A DNA stretch of 64,000 nucleotides from Cystobasidiomycetes sp. EMM_F5 (lineage: Eukaryota): assembly GCA_051047955.1 (NCBI GenBank), contig JBPGPT010000006.1, forward strand, positions 310,001 through 374,000, read 5' to 3'. Under the pieces are notes generated by a model. That model made no database searches. It saw only the letters and a list, made by a program, of their open reading frames with translations, and had not been told where the DNA came from. This document shows positions 1-13,194 of the stretch, piece after piece. Position numbers and translations under genes: made by a program. Position 1 is the first letter of the stretch; each line of letters opens with the position of its first letter.

Positions 1-332
1 CCGTTCAGGTATCTCGCACTTCGGCTTTGTCTGCCACCAACACAGCCTCAACCGAAGGTACATGCCTTATCCGCCTAGTATTAGAACGTTTCGATGGAAA
101 GGAGGAATTTACCTTACGATATCCTCTGCCTGGGAAAGGTTATCGTGAACGTCCCCCTATACTGTGCACAGAAAACATCTCGCGGGAGCTGGCTCGACTG
201 GCCGAGAGTCTCACATCATCCGATAAAATCGTGAGCGCTCTTCGGCAAAGGCCTGGTAGCAGAGGCCTCTGTACGTATCGGCGATTGCTGCCGGAAGAAT
301 GGAAGATGGACATGAACAAGATCGTTTGCTGA
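1..332 (+). CDS. Partial (5'-truncated) orphan protein, probable paralogue of the next gene
   Basis: Frame is open from the window edge. Segment 66-230 (LIRLVLE..FTL..G..LCTENISRELARLAESLTSS) aligns by eye to the C-terminus of the 676-1626 protein. A possible donor (GTGAGC) at 231 makes the 3' end uncertain. Confidence 0.5.
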   Translation, partial: VQVSRTSALSATNTASTEGTCLIRLVLERFDGKEEFTLRYPLPGKGYRERPPILCTENISRELARLAESLTSSDKIVSALRQRPGSRGLCTYRRLLPEEWKMDMNKIVC

Positions 333-675
333 ATTTCTCCGGATTCACTCCGGTAATCGACAATTTTTCAGCGTGCATCTGGTCAGACGCTTATTACGCT
401 GCAATATCGACGTTGATGTCGTTTCACGACCAAGACGCGGTACTTGCGCCTACTTTCAGAGTAAGACAGCTTTACATGATAGGACCCTCGAAATGAAAGA
501 ATAAGTCGCGGCTATGCTTGCTACACTGTTGACACAGCTTGTTGCTATCCTTTCTTTTAACGTATCGCAAGGGGCCAGTGCACTAACGGTAGGCTTGCAT
601 CACGGATGGTCTCTAATCCACAATTTAATCCAAATCAAATCAGTACCACCACTTGCTATCATATCATCATTTACC

Positions 676-1626
676 ATGTCCGGCGCCCGGCGACGTCTCT
701 CCGCCGACAATATACTTCTGCGAGGAAGAGTCCCCTACACTACGGATGCCGACTCTCGAAGGTCTAGTATGAGCAGTACTGTCTCTTCATCCGGCTCTAC
801 TACTCTGGCACTCCAACGACCCCACAGATCGCAAAGCGTGAGCGAACGACAGATGCCAGTCTGGCAAACGAACCGTCCGCCGTCTTCGACGCCGAGTGTG
901 CGGCGCGGTTACGGTACTTACGGGGCAATCCATCGATTCCCCATGTTTACCGTTACAATCGTGCTTCATTGGAATCAGTATGGTGACGTTTCGGCGGTTG
1001 TGCTGCCAAATGTCAACGATGTAAATCTGTATTCGCAAGACATCGAGATAGTACAGGCAGATGCTCTAAAGATAGGCCTGGAGTTTTTAGTCAATATTGT
1101 GTTGGCGGGGGATAAGCGCAGGACCACTTCGGGCAACACCATCATATTCCGTTATGTAAGACCCGGTCATTGGGCAAAGGATTCGTCTGACAGGATCTGC
1201 TGGATATCGCAAGAAGCTATAGGAGACCCGACGGTACTGAGCAAAGGCACAGCGGCCCATGCTGTAGTCGGGTCTCAACCCACGATCGCACTCTCGACAA
1301 CATCACAAAAGCTACCATCGTCTCAAACATATGGCGGAAGTCAGCATGCGCGGCCTACTGTTGTCATACCGGGACCTAAGCCTAGGCGTTCCAAACATAC
1401 CCAGCCTTCTACTGACTACTGGCCCCCGCATGCTCTAAGGCTGCTGTTGAGTCTCGCAGTGGGTGGTCATTGGCGATTCACGCTCCACAATATGCAGACG
1501 CAAGGTAGCAAGCAAGCGAGCGTTCCTATTTGCACAGACGAGCTGTATAAAGAACTTCAGAAACTTGCCAACACAGTGGGCACATCGAATACAACCGTTG
1601 CAAAACAACTCATCTCCAAACGATAA
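676..1626 (+). CDS. Intronless hypothetical protein (~316 aa; Ser/Arg-rich N-terminus, two globular-looking segments)
   Basis: Long ORF 514-1626. ATG at 676 has an ACCATG context. No recognised family motif. Confidence 0.6.
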   Translation: MSGARRRLSADNILLRGRVPYTTDADSRRSSMSSTVSSSGSTTLALQRPHRSQSVSERQMPVWQTNRPPSSTPSVRRGYGTYGAIHRFPMFTVTIVLHWNQYGDVSAVVLPNVNDVNLYSQDIEIVQADALKIGLEFLVNIVLAGDKRRTTSGNTIIFRYVRPGHWAKDSSDRICWISQEAIGDPTVLSKGTAAHAVVGSQPTIALSTTSQKLPSSQTYGGSQHARPTVVIPGPKPRRSKHTQPSTDYWPPHALRLLLSLAVGGHWRFTLHNMQTQGSKQASVPICTDELYKELQKLANTVGTSNTTVAKQLISKR

Positions 1627-2327
1627 CAGGACGGCAGCAGTGGATTGCAAACACTTGAGTACTGTGTAATTAATCCGGGCATGTGGAGCACCAATCAAAT
1701 TGGTCAAGTGCAGTGGATCAATAACAGTGCTATTCCACTATATTAACAACCTGCTTCACTTTGCTCATGCGTGGTAGACGCGCAATCAATTCATGTGAAT
1801 ATTCTGCCCCCGCTGCAGTCTATCTTGCCGTAAGGTGGCCTGCTGACCACTGGAGCAAATCTCTCTTCCGCGTTTCAATGCCCGGTGGCCGTGGTACAGT
1901 ACGTGACACCACTTTCATAGTCATTGTGTCTGACTCGCATCCTCCCAAAACAGGGCGTCGGCTTCCAAAGTACCACGCAAGTATGTCGCGGTCCATCTGC
2001 GGTGCGTTGCATGCCTTAGCGAAGAACTGTCATGGAGAGTTTGGTTATATCGTTGATGTGACCCTGCGCGCGATGGGTGCGCCCCGCAAACCTTAGGATG
2101 AGCGTGTATTGAGCTGCACCTTAGCCTGTACGACTTCGTGTGTCATTTTCTCGTGTACGTCTAGCTTGGCAAATTCTGCTTTATCCATGTGTCCTGTGGA
2201 GATTGCACATGTCCGTTGCCGAAGCCCGAGATTTTGGCCTCAACACTTGGTGGGCTTTTTGCTTTGACCAATACCGCCCACGCAAATGTGGATTCTGAAA
2301 GATTTACGATAGCAGTGAGGGCTCGGT

Positions 2328-3450
2328 ATGGCGGACCCTGCTGCGGCGCCGCCAGGCGTGAAAAGCATGCTTGCCAATACGAAGCTCGAGGCAGCAATAT
2401 GGGAGGAGATATGCAGAGTCCACGGCAACAGCTTCACATCCATGTCCCGACCAGCTGTCCGGCTCATTACTGGAGCAGGACTGGTCGAAGGCTGCGACGA
2501 CGAGATTGTCTTGGAATATCAACCTGCGTCAGCAGTTTCTAGGCCGAATTCGCAAAACAGCCCTCCTCTGTCAGCACCGAGCAGCCCGCTTCTATCCGGA
2601 TCCCCATCATTGCGTGCTTCACAATCTCTGAGAATACTCGACAACGCTTGTGGTCTCGCTGGCAGCATCACCGTTGCTCTTGCCGTACTATCTAGTCGCG
2701 GCGTCATTCGAAATGGAAAGGATATCCAAATATACGCATCAGATGCAACAGCTGACCGCGTGCAGAACGTTGCAAAGACACTCAAAGCTGCAAAATTGGA
2801 CAATGTTACTTTTGTGCCCTGGCCAATGGAGGTGAGTCTGCGTTCACTGATTGTGGTTCAGCCCGTTTGAGGAGCTCAGGCGTGGTCTCCAGGCATTAGC
2901 GGCAAGGTCTGGCTACTTCTCGCACGTATTCACCAACTTCAGTGCACATTGGTCGCAAGACGATGCGCTCATGTTGAGAGGTGCGGAACCATTTTCTATT
3001 TGTCCTGAACACGGGCATACTTAGTATCCACTGCTCCTGACAGAAATCCTGCGGGTGCTCAAGCCTGGCGGTATAGCGTGCTTTGCGTCATGGCAAAGTA
3101 CTGGATGGCACTCGACAGCGACGAACGGCGACATCATCAAAATTACACCATCGGGAGGTTGGATGGAGCAGGACTACATCAAGCGTGTACTAGCGGCAAG
3201 AGGCTTCCAGGACGTCACAGTCACTTCGGAGACGTTCGATTCCGACTTTGACGAAGAGCGTTTCCAAAAGCTTGTTCCCAATCTTGTCGATACTGCGCTG
3301 GGCAAGTTGTGGAACAAGGAAAACACCGATGCAGATGATGAAGAGAGCAGAGCCATGATGAGGGAGAGCTTGATGGAGACGTACATGGACGGTCACTTTA
3401 CGGGGAAAATGTCAGTCTGGCTGACTCACGCACGCAAGCCGAGGCAGTAA
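2328..3450 (+). CDS. Class I SAM-dependent methyltransferase (UbiE/Methyltransf_25-like)
   Basis: Motif I ILDNACGLAG and EILRVLKPGG; ends ..HARKPRQ. Introns 2832-2892 and 2981-3043 restore one frame. Confidence 0.8.
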
Positions 3451-3710
3451 GGGATAAGTATTCGGGTGCAATTGGGAGTGTAATGCGTGCAATCAGGCTA
3501 GGGTTCAGTGTGCTGGTATTAGAAGGCGATAGATGTCGTTGTATGATGAGTTTACATATTTGGAAAATCCATTCCACTAAGGGACGCGGGGCCCCGTGAC
3601 TGCCGCAGATGCAGAGTTCCGCTTCGAAGTCTGACGGCCTGCCTTGCTCGCCAGGGTTGGCTTCGGACAACCTTCAGCAATCACAGCCCATCTAGACACT
3701 CAATAACGAC

Positions 3711-4301
3711 ATGACGCGCAGCTTCCACAAGCAGGTTGGTAACCATCCACGCGTGTTCGTTGATTGAGCAGAGCGGACCTTGTGCTGATTTCGTCGTACT
3801 CCACGCCCGTCGTTGTTGTTCTCACCGCCCTGCAGAAAGAGGTGAGTGCACGCCGCTGCGTTAACGCTGCGTCAAGTCTGATTCTCTTGCGTGTCATCAG
3901 GTTCCCCACAAGTCCGAAATGCGGTTGGCTGGCGCAACCAAAACCAACCCAAACCAGCTCAAGAAGAGTGGTTCGGGAGGTAAAGGTGCTTGGGGTTCAA
4001 CTCAGGACGAGATTCTCGACGCAAAACACATTATCAACTCCGGTGATCTGCCTGCAAGGTCCCCCGAGATTATGCGGAAGGTCCGTAGTCACTATGTAAC
4101 TCGCACACAAGATGAACAGACAACTGATACGTCTCATGTCTACAGCTGTCCATCTCATCGACTTCCACTAGCTCGTCCACTGAATCGAATGCGGAGAATG
4201 TCAGCCCCATCGAACGCATCGTTGAGGACGCGAGCGAAGGCGCGTACACTACCGAGCCCGCTAGTACCCTTGAGAAGGCTGTCGCTGGTGCTTCTACCTA
4301 A
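3711..4301 (+). CDS. Small Stf2/Tma10-like hydrophilic protein
   Basis: Spliced product MTRSFHKQ-KE-VPHKSEMRLAGATKTNPNQLKKSGSGGKGAWGSTQDEILD.. matches the Stf2 pattern (MTR..PN..KK.GSGKGNWG...DEI). Exons 3711-3734, 3836-3841, 3901-4080, 4146-4301. Confidence 0.75.
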
Positions 4302-4739
4302 AGAGCGAATGCGGTGAGCCGAAGTGCAATCCCAGACTCCTGGCTCGTTACTTGACTGTATGTCTAGTATGCCTAGCATCCAGGCCTCTGTAACGCTCGC
4401 ACGCAACAAGATTCCAGAATACTGTAAGGGAATCCATTGGCAAGTCCCAATACTATAAATGATAAGCAAAACCAAAAGAAAAGATTGAAACAGAAGACCA
4501 AAGGAACACCGATATTACTCGCCAACGATTACCAGATTATGTAGCATAGTCAGCTTGCGTAGAGATGAAAGAACAATCCAGAATTGTGATTGGCTACATG
4601 ATGTGAACGCGGAACCCTGCGGTATTGATCTACAAGGTTGTGCTAAACATGCTGCTGCAAACGCTGATGTGACGAGTATGATACATGCTGTCGTGATACG
4701 AGATTTTGGCCATATTCAATTAGTCGCTGCTTCTTCTGA

Positions 4740-6939
4740 CTATGCATCGACACGAAGTAATGTCCCACCGTTGGCTCTATCGAGCCAATCCCTCTGCTGT
4801 GGTGAAAGTCTGCTTGGCATTACACTCGCTCGATTGTTGTCTGCGTTCCTTGGTGTTCTCGACACTCTCAGTAAGTCAAGCAGATCCGCTTTCTGAGGTG
4901 ATCGCTCGATGGTGGTGCTGAGGGTGGCTTCTTCTGACCGAGTTGTAACGACAGAACTTCGACGAGATGCGTCAAAGCTGCAAAGGAGAGGGATAGAGAG
5001 CCTGCGGACGAAAGAAGGCCTGCCATTGGGAGAGGGGGATGGAAGTGTATGTCGAGGTAGGTCTCCGTAAGCTGTTGCGCGCCTAAGCAGTGCGGGTAAC
5101 TTGCTGGCTCCAGTGTGGTCTGAAACGTATGCTCCCGTCAGACCCGCTGCCGGGTTGACCGGCGCCGGCACCTCCGTGAGGTTTCGATCTTGGTCTGCAT
5201 CACTCGCTTCCTGAACCGTTGGAACAATACCACCCACTCCCGCAAAGACAGGAAGGATGGGCAAATTGTCTTGTATTGAGTCCGCGCTACTTCTCCTTCT
5301 TGGATATCCGGTGATAGCACTTGGTAAACCCAGTGCATTCCCAATACAAGCCCTCCAACTGGGTATGTGTTGAATGCGTCTCGCAGGCGTCGGATCAGAG
5401 GCGACCAACCACGATTCGAACCATGATCCTCTCCTTTCGTTGCCGTGTACTCGTCTGCGAGGGGAGGCGTCATGTACGGGAAAGCCGGATAAGGTGAATG
5501 ATTCGAGGGAGGGAGGTGCTTGTGCAAGGAGGTATGCCAGAGCCCATGACGGAAGATGGGAAGACGCGACTAATTGTAAAGCATATGGCTCTAGGGCAGC
5601 AGGGAGGCAGAACGGGGCATTCTCAACATTACAGACATCCTGTGACGGAGATGACTGGGTCCAGTGCGAGCCAGAGTCGATGGTGATGGACGTGATGCAC
5701 GTGCAGCAACGTAGCATGCTATGCAATGATCGTATCGTAAAGCCTTCGCCGAGTTGGCTGAATCGTCGAAGATTAGGTATTCCAGCAAAGTCAAATTGAG
5801 TATGAAGCGCTGTGGTGCCGGATGTTGTGAGACGAGTGACGGTTGGCAACGCGGCGAGATGAATGGAACGAAGAGCGGGAGAAGCTGATAGATTCAGACG
5901 ACGAAGCGTGCTTGACAAATTTGCGAATGGTGCAAAGAAGTCGTCTGGAAGAGAAAGAGCGGTTAACAAACCACCAGTCGCAGAGCTGTGCCGCGATTTC
6001 GATGACCCAACAGCAAGAGTGAGAGTATGTATTCGCGTGGAATCGATGAATGCGCGCCAGATTGGTCCGATGTCGGGAAAGTCGTCTGTCGGACGGAACA
6101 GGCAATCCACGTCTTTCAGAGTGCATTCTACAATGTTTGGGCAGAAGGTAGCGAGGGCTTGCAGAGTAGCTGGTGAGAGACCCCCACATGAGCTCAAGAC
6201 TAGCGTAGTCAACGAGGAGCCAGGCATGGAGCAATGCATATCCTCTGACACGCTGATACCCCCAACGACATAGCTCGTCAATCCGGCATCCGTCAAATCG
6301 ATGGAGGCGGCAAGACTGAGACTCTTCAATCCATATCCGCGAATACTATGCGATCTGCCGAGTGCGATTAGCGCGGCGTCGGTCTGTATGACAGCACCCA
6401 TGAATGTCAGCATGGTGGAGAAGATGAAGGTCTAGATTGCTCACTCCGCCGTGCTTCTCGTCAGCTCTCGACAGCGGCCTCAATCGCAGGTCCTGTCCGG
6501 TGATGTAGAGATGTGATAGATGATGGATGACAGGCAGAAGGATTTCAAGACACGTCCAGCTACCATTTGTTTCTGCTGATAGTCTAGCAGAAGCATCTAC
6601 GGTGAGCGAGCGGATTTGCTGTAGGTGCGTCTGGGGGTTTGTGTTTGATCTGGCGATGCAAGGGGGCGACATGCTTGGATTAGGAAAGGCTCCACAGTGA
6701 TATCCGAATGCATAGCCCTCACTTGTTGAGCGTGTATCCCCGCAATTTGGTATATTGCATCCGGTATCGTGCTAGACGATGCCATTGCCGGTTTATTAGA
6801 CTAACCGCAACCTGGTCCTTCCGAGCGAGCTGTAGGCATAACACTATGTTAGCTGTTCCTTCGATACGGCGTAAATGCTGTATCCCACCTTTCCGATAAT
6901 GAGATCCAGGATGTCATCATTCGACATTGCCGGATGCAT
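4740..6939 (-). CDS. F-box / leucine-rich-repeat (RNI-like) protein
   Basis: Spliced N-terminus MHPAMSNDDILDLIIGK-LARKDQVAVSLINRQWHRLAR is F-box-like. LRR-like units follow (LKSLSL, LTTLVLSSCGGLS, LRRLNLSAS). Three GT-AG introns at the 5' end. Confidence 0.75.
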
Positions 6940-7324
6940 AATGGCATTCCTTCGTGAATTACGGGCAGGCTGAATTGTCCAAGTCTTCGCTTTCTCTTGC
7001 CTTGACAGCTCTCGCCTTTCTGCAATCCTCTTCTCAGCTGTTTGGCTGGTTGTTGTCGTGTTTGTAGTCAAATCGACAATGGGAGTTCCGGGTGATTGGC
7101 GGGCGGGGCTGAGAGTGACGGATGAGCAGGCAGCAGTGTTGGCGTATTTCTCGAGTGTTGAGAATACTCGGAATATTAATCAGTCTTTACATTCTCGTGG
7201 TCAGCTGGTAAAGAGCTTCAAAGGCAATCAACGCATTTCTAATCGCAAGCAATACAATAAACATGGCCATTCCCTAATACATGCCCGTCTCCACTGCTGA
7301 TGCTACACTCACACTCTCCTCATT

Positions 7325-10300
7325 ATGGACGGATTCGCATTCGACCCAGCTTTGCTAGGGGTGTCGGGGTCTTCGACGTCGCTGACGGGCAGAGTGAGAG
7401 ATGTGCCCAGGTCTGACGCCGTCAGTGTATACAATACTGCACACGCTTCCACGAGCACGGCGGGCTTGTCTTCCGTAGCCGCATTTCGGGCTGGGCTGCC
7501 AGAGGTTGATCCGAACGATGCAGACGATAACGAGTATACGAGCAGTGACGACGAGCAGGAGGGAGATGAGGAGGAAGATATCGAAGACGAGGAAGAAGAG
7601 GAGAGTAACGACGACGACGATGCGGATGAGTACATCCAGCCAGATAAAGGCAAGGGAAAACAACCAGCGTACACCCTTCCCCCGCTTCCGCCGCGAGATT
7701 TTGGGAATGCAGCTGGGACGAGTACAGAAGCTGAAGGGGTGGACGATACCGCTGAAGTAAGCCATCGTCAACCTCCGCTTCCATCGTGCTAAAACATGGC
7801 CATACTCGTGCAGAATGCTGAACTAGGTAGGCTAATTTCTGCCATTCGCGATAATTCTGGTTCAGTAGATCCCACAAGCGCTACAAACCGCGGGATCCTA
7901 GGGCAAGAATGGGACAGGACAATGCAGGAAGAGCAGAATGAGCTCGAGCGTGAGGACATCGAACGTCGGAACCGTACAAATAAGAGACCGCGCGGTCGAG
8001 TCGCACTCGCAGACATGGAACCGTCGTCTGAAGTAAAGTCGCTACTGGGACAAGCAAATCTAGCTTACGTTCACGGCGACACGAACGAAGCCGTTAGGAT
8101 CCTTACAGAGATTATTCGAATCGAGCCAAATACAAAACCTGCTTGGTATACGCTGAGCAGCATCCACGAAGATTTGGGGAATAAAGATAAAGCAATCCAA
8201 CTACGTATCGTCGTAACGCACTTGGAGCGCTCAAATTCAGAACAGTGGAAAGAACTCGGCCACCAGTCTAGGGAGATGGGACTCTCTGAACAAGCGATAT
8301 ACTGCTACGGCCAAGCTGTACGGGCAGACAGGACGGATGCCGAAGCGCAGTGGGAACGGGCATTACTTCTGCGCGATACAGGCAAACTCCGTCAGGCAGT
8401 CAATTGTCTGCTGTCTATCCTCAAACAAGATCCGCACAATCCTGCAATACTCCGCGAGATCGGCCCGATATATTGGCAGCTACAAGACACAGATTCTGCC
8501 ATCCAACTCTACGTCAGTGCACTCGACTATTGGCGGACCAAGGTTCCCATACCCAAGACGGCTGCACAGATTGGCGGCTTCTCCAAAGACGAACTATCTA
8601 TTCTCTCGGATCTGTACCGGCATCAGCGGCGATACCGAGACGCAGCTAGAATCATTGTCGATGGACAGAGGTGGTTACAGGGTCGTATTCAGGAAGAGCC
8701 GACGTGGTCACTCTTTGGCGATGATAGAGAATTTGATGCGGCGCGCAAGACGAGACCGCAGTGGGAGTCGCACCCTCAGAGATGGGTAGAGGAAATGCCA
8801 ATACATCCCCTTGATGACGGTCTCAGGCTACGGCTTGGTTTGTCCCGGTTGTGGGAAGGCAGACTGGAGGAAGCAAAGGTATGTCCCCCACATTCAGCTC
8901 GAACTTTCATACTGAGGTCTGTGAGTTTCCCGTAGATTCACTTTGCGATAGTCATGTCTGTAGACGTGACGGATAATCCCGAGCACTATGGTGAAATTGC
9001 CGATGCCTACTTTGATAGGAAAATGTGGACAGAAGCTTTGGAGATCTATTATGACATGTCGGAAAACGAAGCAGTGCGTCATGGTGATCAGAAAAGGCTT
9101 CGCAGCAGATTCTGAATAGATGGGATTGACAGACTAACGTACCGGCCGTGTGGATACGGATCGCACAGTGCCAGCGGAGACTTGGTGATTTAAAGAGTGC
9201 TGCAGAGTGCTACCAGGCTGGTAAGTAATGTGTTACGCATGCTTGAATTCTTTGACTCACAGGCCATCCAGTCGTTGAATCCGATGCAAACGATCTCGAT
9301 TCTAAATTGGCACTTGCGGAAATCTATGAAAGGCTAAATGAGCGAGACAAGGCGCTCATGTTAGTAAACGAGGGTCAGAAGCTATCATTCGGAATACAGA
9401 TAGAATGTAAGCTGAAACATTGACGCAGTACTGGCTCAAAGGCGCGAAGAGCGAAATAACGGCATTGACGGCACACTTGACCCATCGCGAGCTACATCTC
9501 CTTCTTTCTCAAGTGGAGAAGGTAGTGCCTATGAGGACGAGTCAGGTAGAGAGAGGGTGCGCCGTCGCCGTCGAGGTGGGCGATCGCGACGGTCAGAAGG
9601 AGGCAGACAACAGCTTTCAGCCATAAGTCGCGCGGAAACCCGCGAGGAGCGGTTGAAAGAGGAGCAGCGAACACAGGATGCTTTCGACGAAGCACTTCTG
9701 AAACTTCAGGAACTTGATCGGCTTCTGGACACTTCTACCACAAAAGAACCGTTACAGAATGATGAAACACTATTGAGCGAATGGACTGAGGTGGCTACAT
9801 TCTTGATTGATACCTACCGAACAACAAAGGCTCTGTACCCTAGTGACGGAGTAAGCAGCCGAATGGAAGACGGGAGGAAAGCATTCCTCGCTAATGCTGA
9901 GGATCCATCTGCAGAAGAAGCAGTTTACCGGAATATTCAAGCGAAGGACACGCAAGAAGAACGATCTTGATGCGCAAGTCAACGATATCGCTACGCGTCT
10001 TCAAGCGTCTATGGGTACGCTCTTGACGCCAGTATACCGTCGGTACGACAGCCAGTAACTGACGTACGTATGCAAACAGTCGATGACGACCGGCCTGACG
10101 ACGAGCCCGACATCAATGTCGCAGCTGACACCTATCGGGGTGTGACGTTCGAAGACTGGGCGAAACTGGCAGTTCGCGTGAGTTGATTCGAAGATCCCGC
10201 GGATGATGTCAGTCCGACTGACGCTGCGTTTTAGCTTGCGCATCGGCTGACCCTGATAGATGAAAGAGAAGAAGGCGAAGAGATGCTGAAACACATGTGC

Positions 10301-11375
10301 ACATCGAGCATGATGCGCCAAAATGCGAATCGAATCCAGCTGTTGTATTTCGGCTTGGCGGGTAAGCGTGGACCCTGCTCTTTCGGCAATGACTGACACT
10401 GTTTCTTATGAGCAGGATGTGCGATCCAGCAAGACGATTACGGTGCTGCTCTAGACGCTCTGAGGCGCGTCGTCATAAATCATCGCTGCGAGACTGAACC
10501 TATCCGGATGATTGGCGCGTTGTGCCGCTCGGGCCTCCGAGGGCTGGACGCAACGGTCGATACCAAGTTTCAGAAGTATCTCCTGAGACAGTAGGTTGCA
10601 GGCGTATCTGAGTCTTGCAGCCTCGCCTCGACTGACAGATTTTTACACATGCAGAATCAAGTATATGGATGAAAAAGCGCTCGCACCAGGGTCGAGTACA
10701 GCAGGCGAGGAAGCGGACTCTGCGGATGAAGCAGAGCCAGGAATGGCGAATGAGAATGCTAACTTTGTCCCGACGAAAGTCAATCCGCTCTTCCTCATGA
10801 TGTACGGAAATGTCATGGCATCTGGCAAGAGCTATTCCTCTGCAATTGGTAATTCTTTGCCTAGAGCGATGAGAGTTTCGAAGCTGACCTTTGCCACTTA
10901 GTTTACTACCTTCGCGCATACGAGATGCACCCAAATGACCCGTTGATATGCCTTACGCTGGCGCTGGCCTATGCCCATCGAGCGATGCAACGGCAGGCAG
11001 ACAATCGCCATTATCACGTCGCTCAGAGTGTAGCGCTTCTGAACGCGTATCGAAAACTGCGTGACGATGATATTGAGGTCAACTACAATATTGCCAGGAT
11101 CTTCCATCAATTGGGTGAGCACCCTCTGAGAAAATTCCGGTAATCGTTGCTGGCGCCTAAATGTGTTTGTAGGAATACTTGATTTGGCAGTCAAGCACTA
11201 CGAGAAGGTGCTTGAAATGAAGGATCACACTCTTCAAAACCCCTCTATGCGAAAGAATGACGGCGAGTTGGCGGATCTAAGCAAAGAGGCTGCTTTCAAT
11301 CTCTCGTCCATCTATTTCACTCGGAATGCACCGGACTTGGCTCGGGCTGTCGTTAACAAGTATTTAAGCATGTAG
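7325..11375 (+). CDS. TFC4: RNA polymerase III transcription factor TFIIIC TPR subunit (Tfc4/tau131/GTF3C3)
   Basis: Acidic N-terminus, then EVKSLLGQANLAYVHG..AWYTLSSIHEDLG TPR array; C-terminal HRAMQRQADNRHYHVAQ, EVNYNIARIFHQLG, EAAFNLSSIY; many introns. Confidence 0.92.
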
Positions 11376-11532
11376 TGAGGCTCTGCATACGTAAGCGCAG
11401 TATTTCGTGTCGTTGTACGATGTTGCCGGGAGTAATGAAATCTCCGGCTGTGAGACGGGCCGTGCGCTCGATAATCGATTGTGCTCCTTGCAGCTGAAGC
11501 AACAGAAGCCTGTCAATTCAGTCCATCCAGTC

Positions 11533-12979
11533 ATGTCTGGCCCTTCGCTGTCTCCATTTGGATCTGCCGTAGCAGGCGCTCTTGGTGCTGTCATTAGCAA
11601 CAGCATAGTGTTCGTCCCGGCTGCGATGTGCGGTTATCCGGTACATTTCTTGCTGATTCGCAGACATTTTACGCAGCTATCCTCTGGACACGTACGTTAT
11701 GCACGCCATCGCTTCAGAGTCCCATCTGAAAGTACGCCCTTCTCAGCGTTAAGACTCGGATTCAGGCGGAGACCGATGCGAAGAGCATACAGGATAAAGA
11801 ATCCATCAAAAGCCCAACCGTCAAGCGAGATGGCGCTCCGAGGAGACTGACCGCGCCTAGGAAGCCAAGGGCGACCGACGTTGCTCAGCATATATGGAAG
11901 AGCCAGGTCGGCGACAGACGATAACAACATATGCGTGTCTCTGACGTCGGAAGTCGACAGGGCCTGGCAGGCTTCTACAGAGGATACTGTGAGATGCAGA
12001 AATATCGTCAGGGCATCGGACGTCGCTGATACTAAACGTAGCTGCGTCCATGCTGAACACCTTCTCCATGCAATTGTCAGGATCTAATTTGAAAACACCC
12101 CGGAGATCATATACTGATTTCAACAGCCTCGCAGCGCGTACTTCTACTGGTATAGCTTTGTCCGGACCGCATACATTAACAAATTACACCCCGGCGTTGC
12201 AACTGCTGTCGCAACGCTTAGTACAGCGGCTGAGCTGATCCTAGGAGCCATAGCTGGCGCTTTGGGGCAGGTCTTCACTATCCCAGTGTCTGTCGTTGCG
12301 ACCCGGCAACAGCTCGCGCCAATCGGAAAGACGCAATCCTTAGTCGGCACAACACGCGAGATCTTGCAAGATGATGGCATCACGGGCTTATGGAGAGGAT
12401 TGAAGGCTAGTCTCGTCTTGACAGTCGTGCGTCTTTACACATTCGAAGGCCTCGGGTTACTCTGACATTGGCTGCAGAATCCCGCTCTCACCTATGGGTC
12501 GTTCGAGAGACTGAAGCCAGTCATTCTCGGAAAGGGCGGAAAAATGACACCTGGAAAGGCTTTCCTCCTCGGTGCTTTGTCGAAGACGATCGCGACGATT
12601 GTAAGCAGTATGGGCCCAGTCTTTGGCACCAATTAATCAGACATCGTCACAGGTAACATTCCCGTACATTCTCGCCAAAGTCCGCTTACAAGCCAAATAC
12701 GATGATGAGACGGAATCAACGGAACTAACGCAAGGATCCTCTGCCGTGACCGCCAAAAAGAAGGAACGCTATACGAATGCCTTTGATGTATTGGCGAAAA
12801 TCTATGCTGTTAACGGATTCCGCGGCTGGTATCAAGGAATGCAGGCGCACATCTTCAAAGCGGTCCTCTCGCAAGCTCTGTTGTTCGGCATCAAGGACGC
12901 GTTAGAAGAGGGCACCATACATTTGCTGCTTTACCTAGTCAAGTTTCACGGAAGACCTGGCCTCGGACTGAAGCACTGA
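11533..12979 (+). CDS. ANT1: Peroxisomal adenine nucleotide transporter (mitochondrial carrier family, Ant1/PMP34-like)
   Basis: Three carrier repeats: YPLDTVKTRIQ, IPVSVVATRQQ, FPYILAKVRLQ. Also QFAYFYWYSFVR, GLWRGLKASLVLTVNP and KAVLSQALLF. Confidence 0.88.
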
Positions 12980-13194
12980 ACGGGAGGCGTCAGAGGATAG
13001 AGACGGATGTATCTAGCAATGCGATTGAATGATGAATACTGTTGATAGAGTGAAACCGCTTATAGACAGTGATCTCTTTATTTCCGAACAGGTCACGTGC
13101 CCAGCGCGAGCTGTCCGCGGGCGAGCCTCAAAGTGCGCCGGTGTGCTCGCTACGCCTATACGTGTTGTGCTTGTGACGACTGCACCTGATAGCC

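Noticed and set aside
6346..6939. Apparent frameshifts or pseudogene in the F-box gene
   Set aside because: Canonical GT-AG introns restore a single frame.
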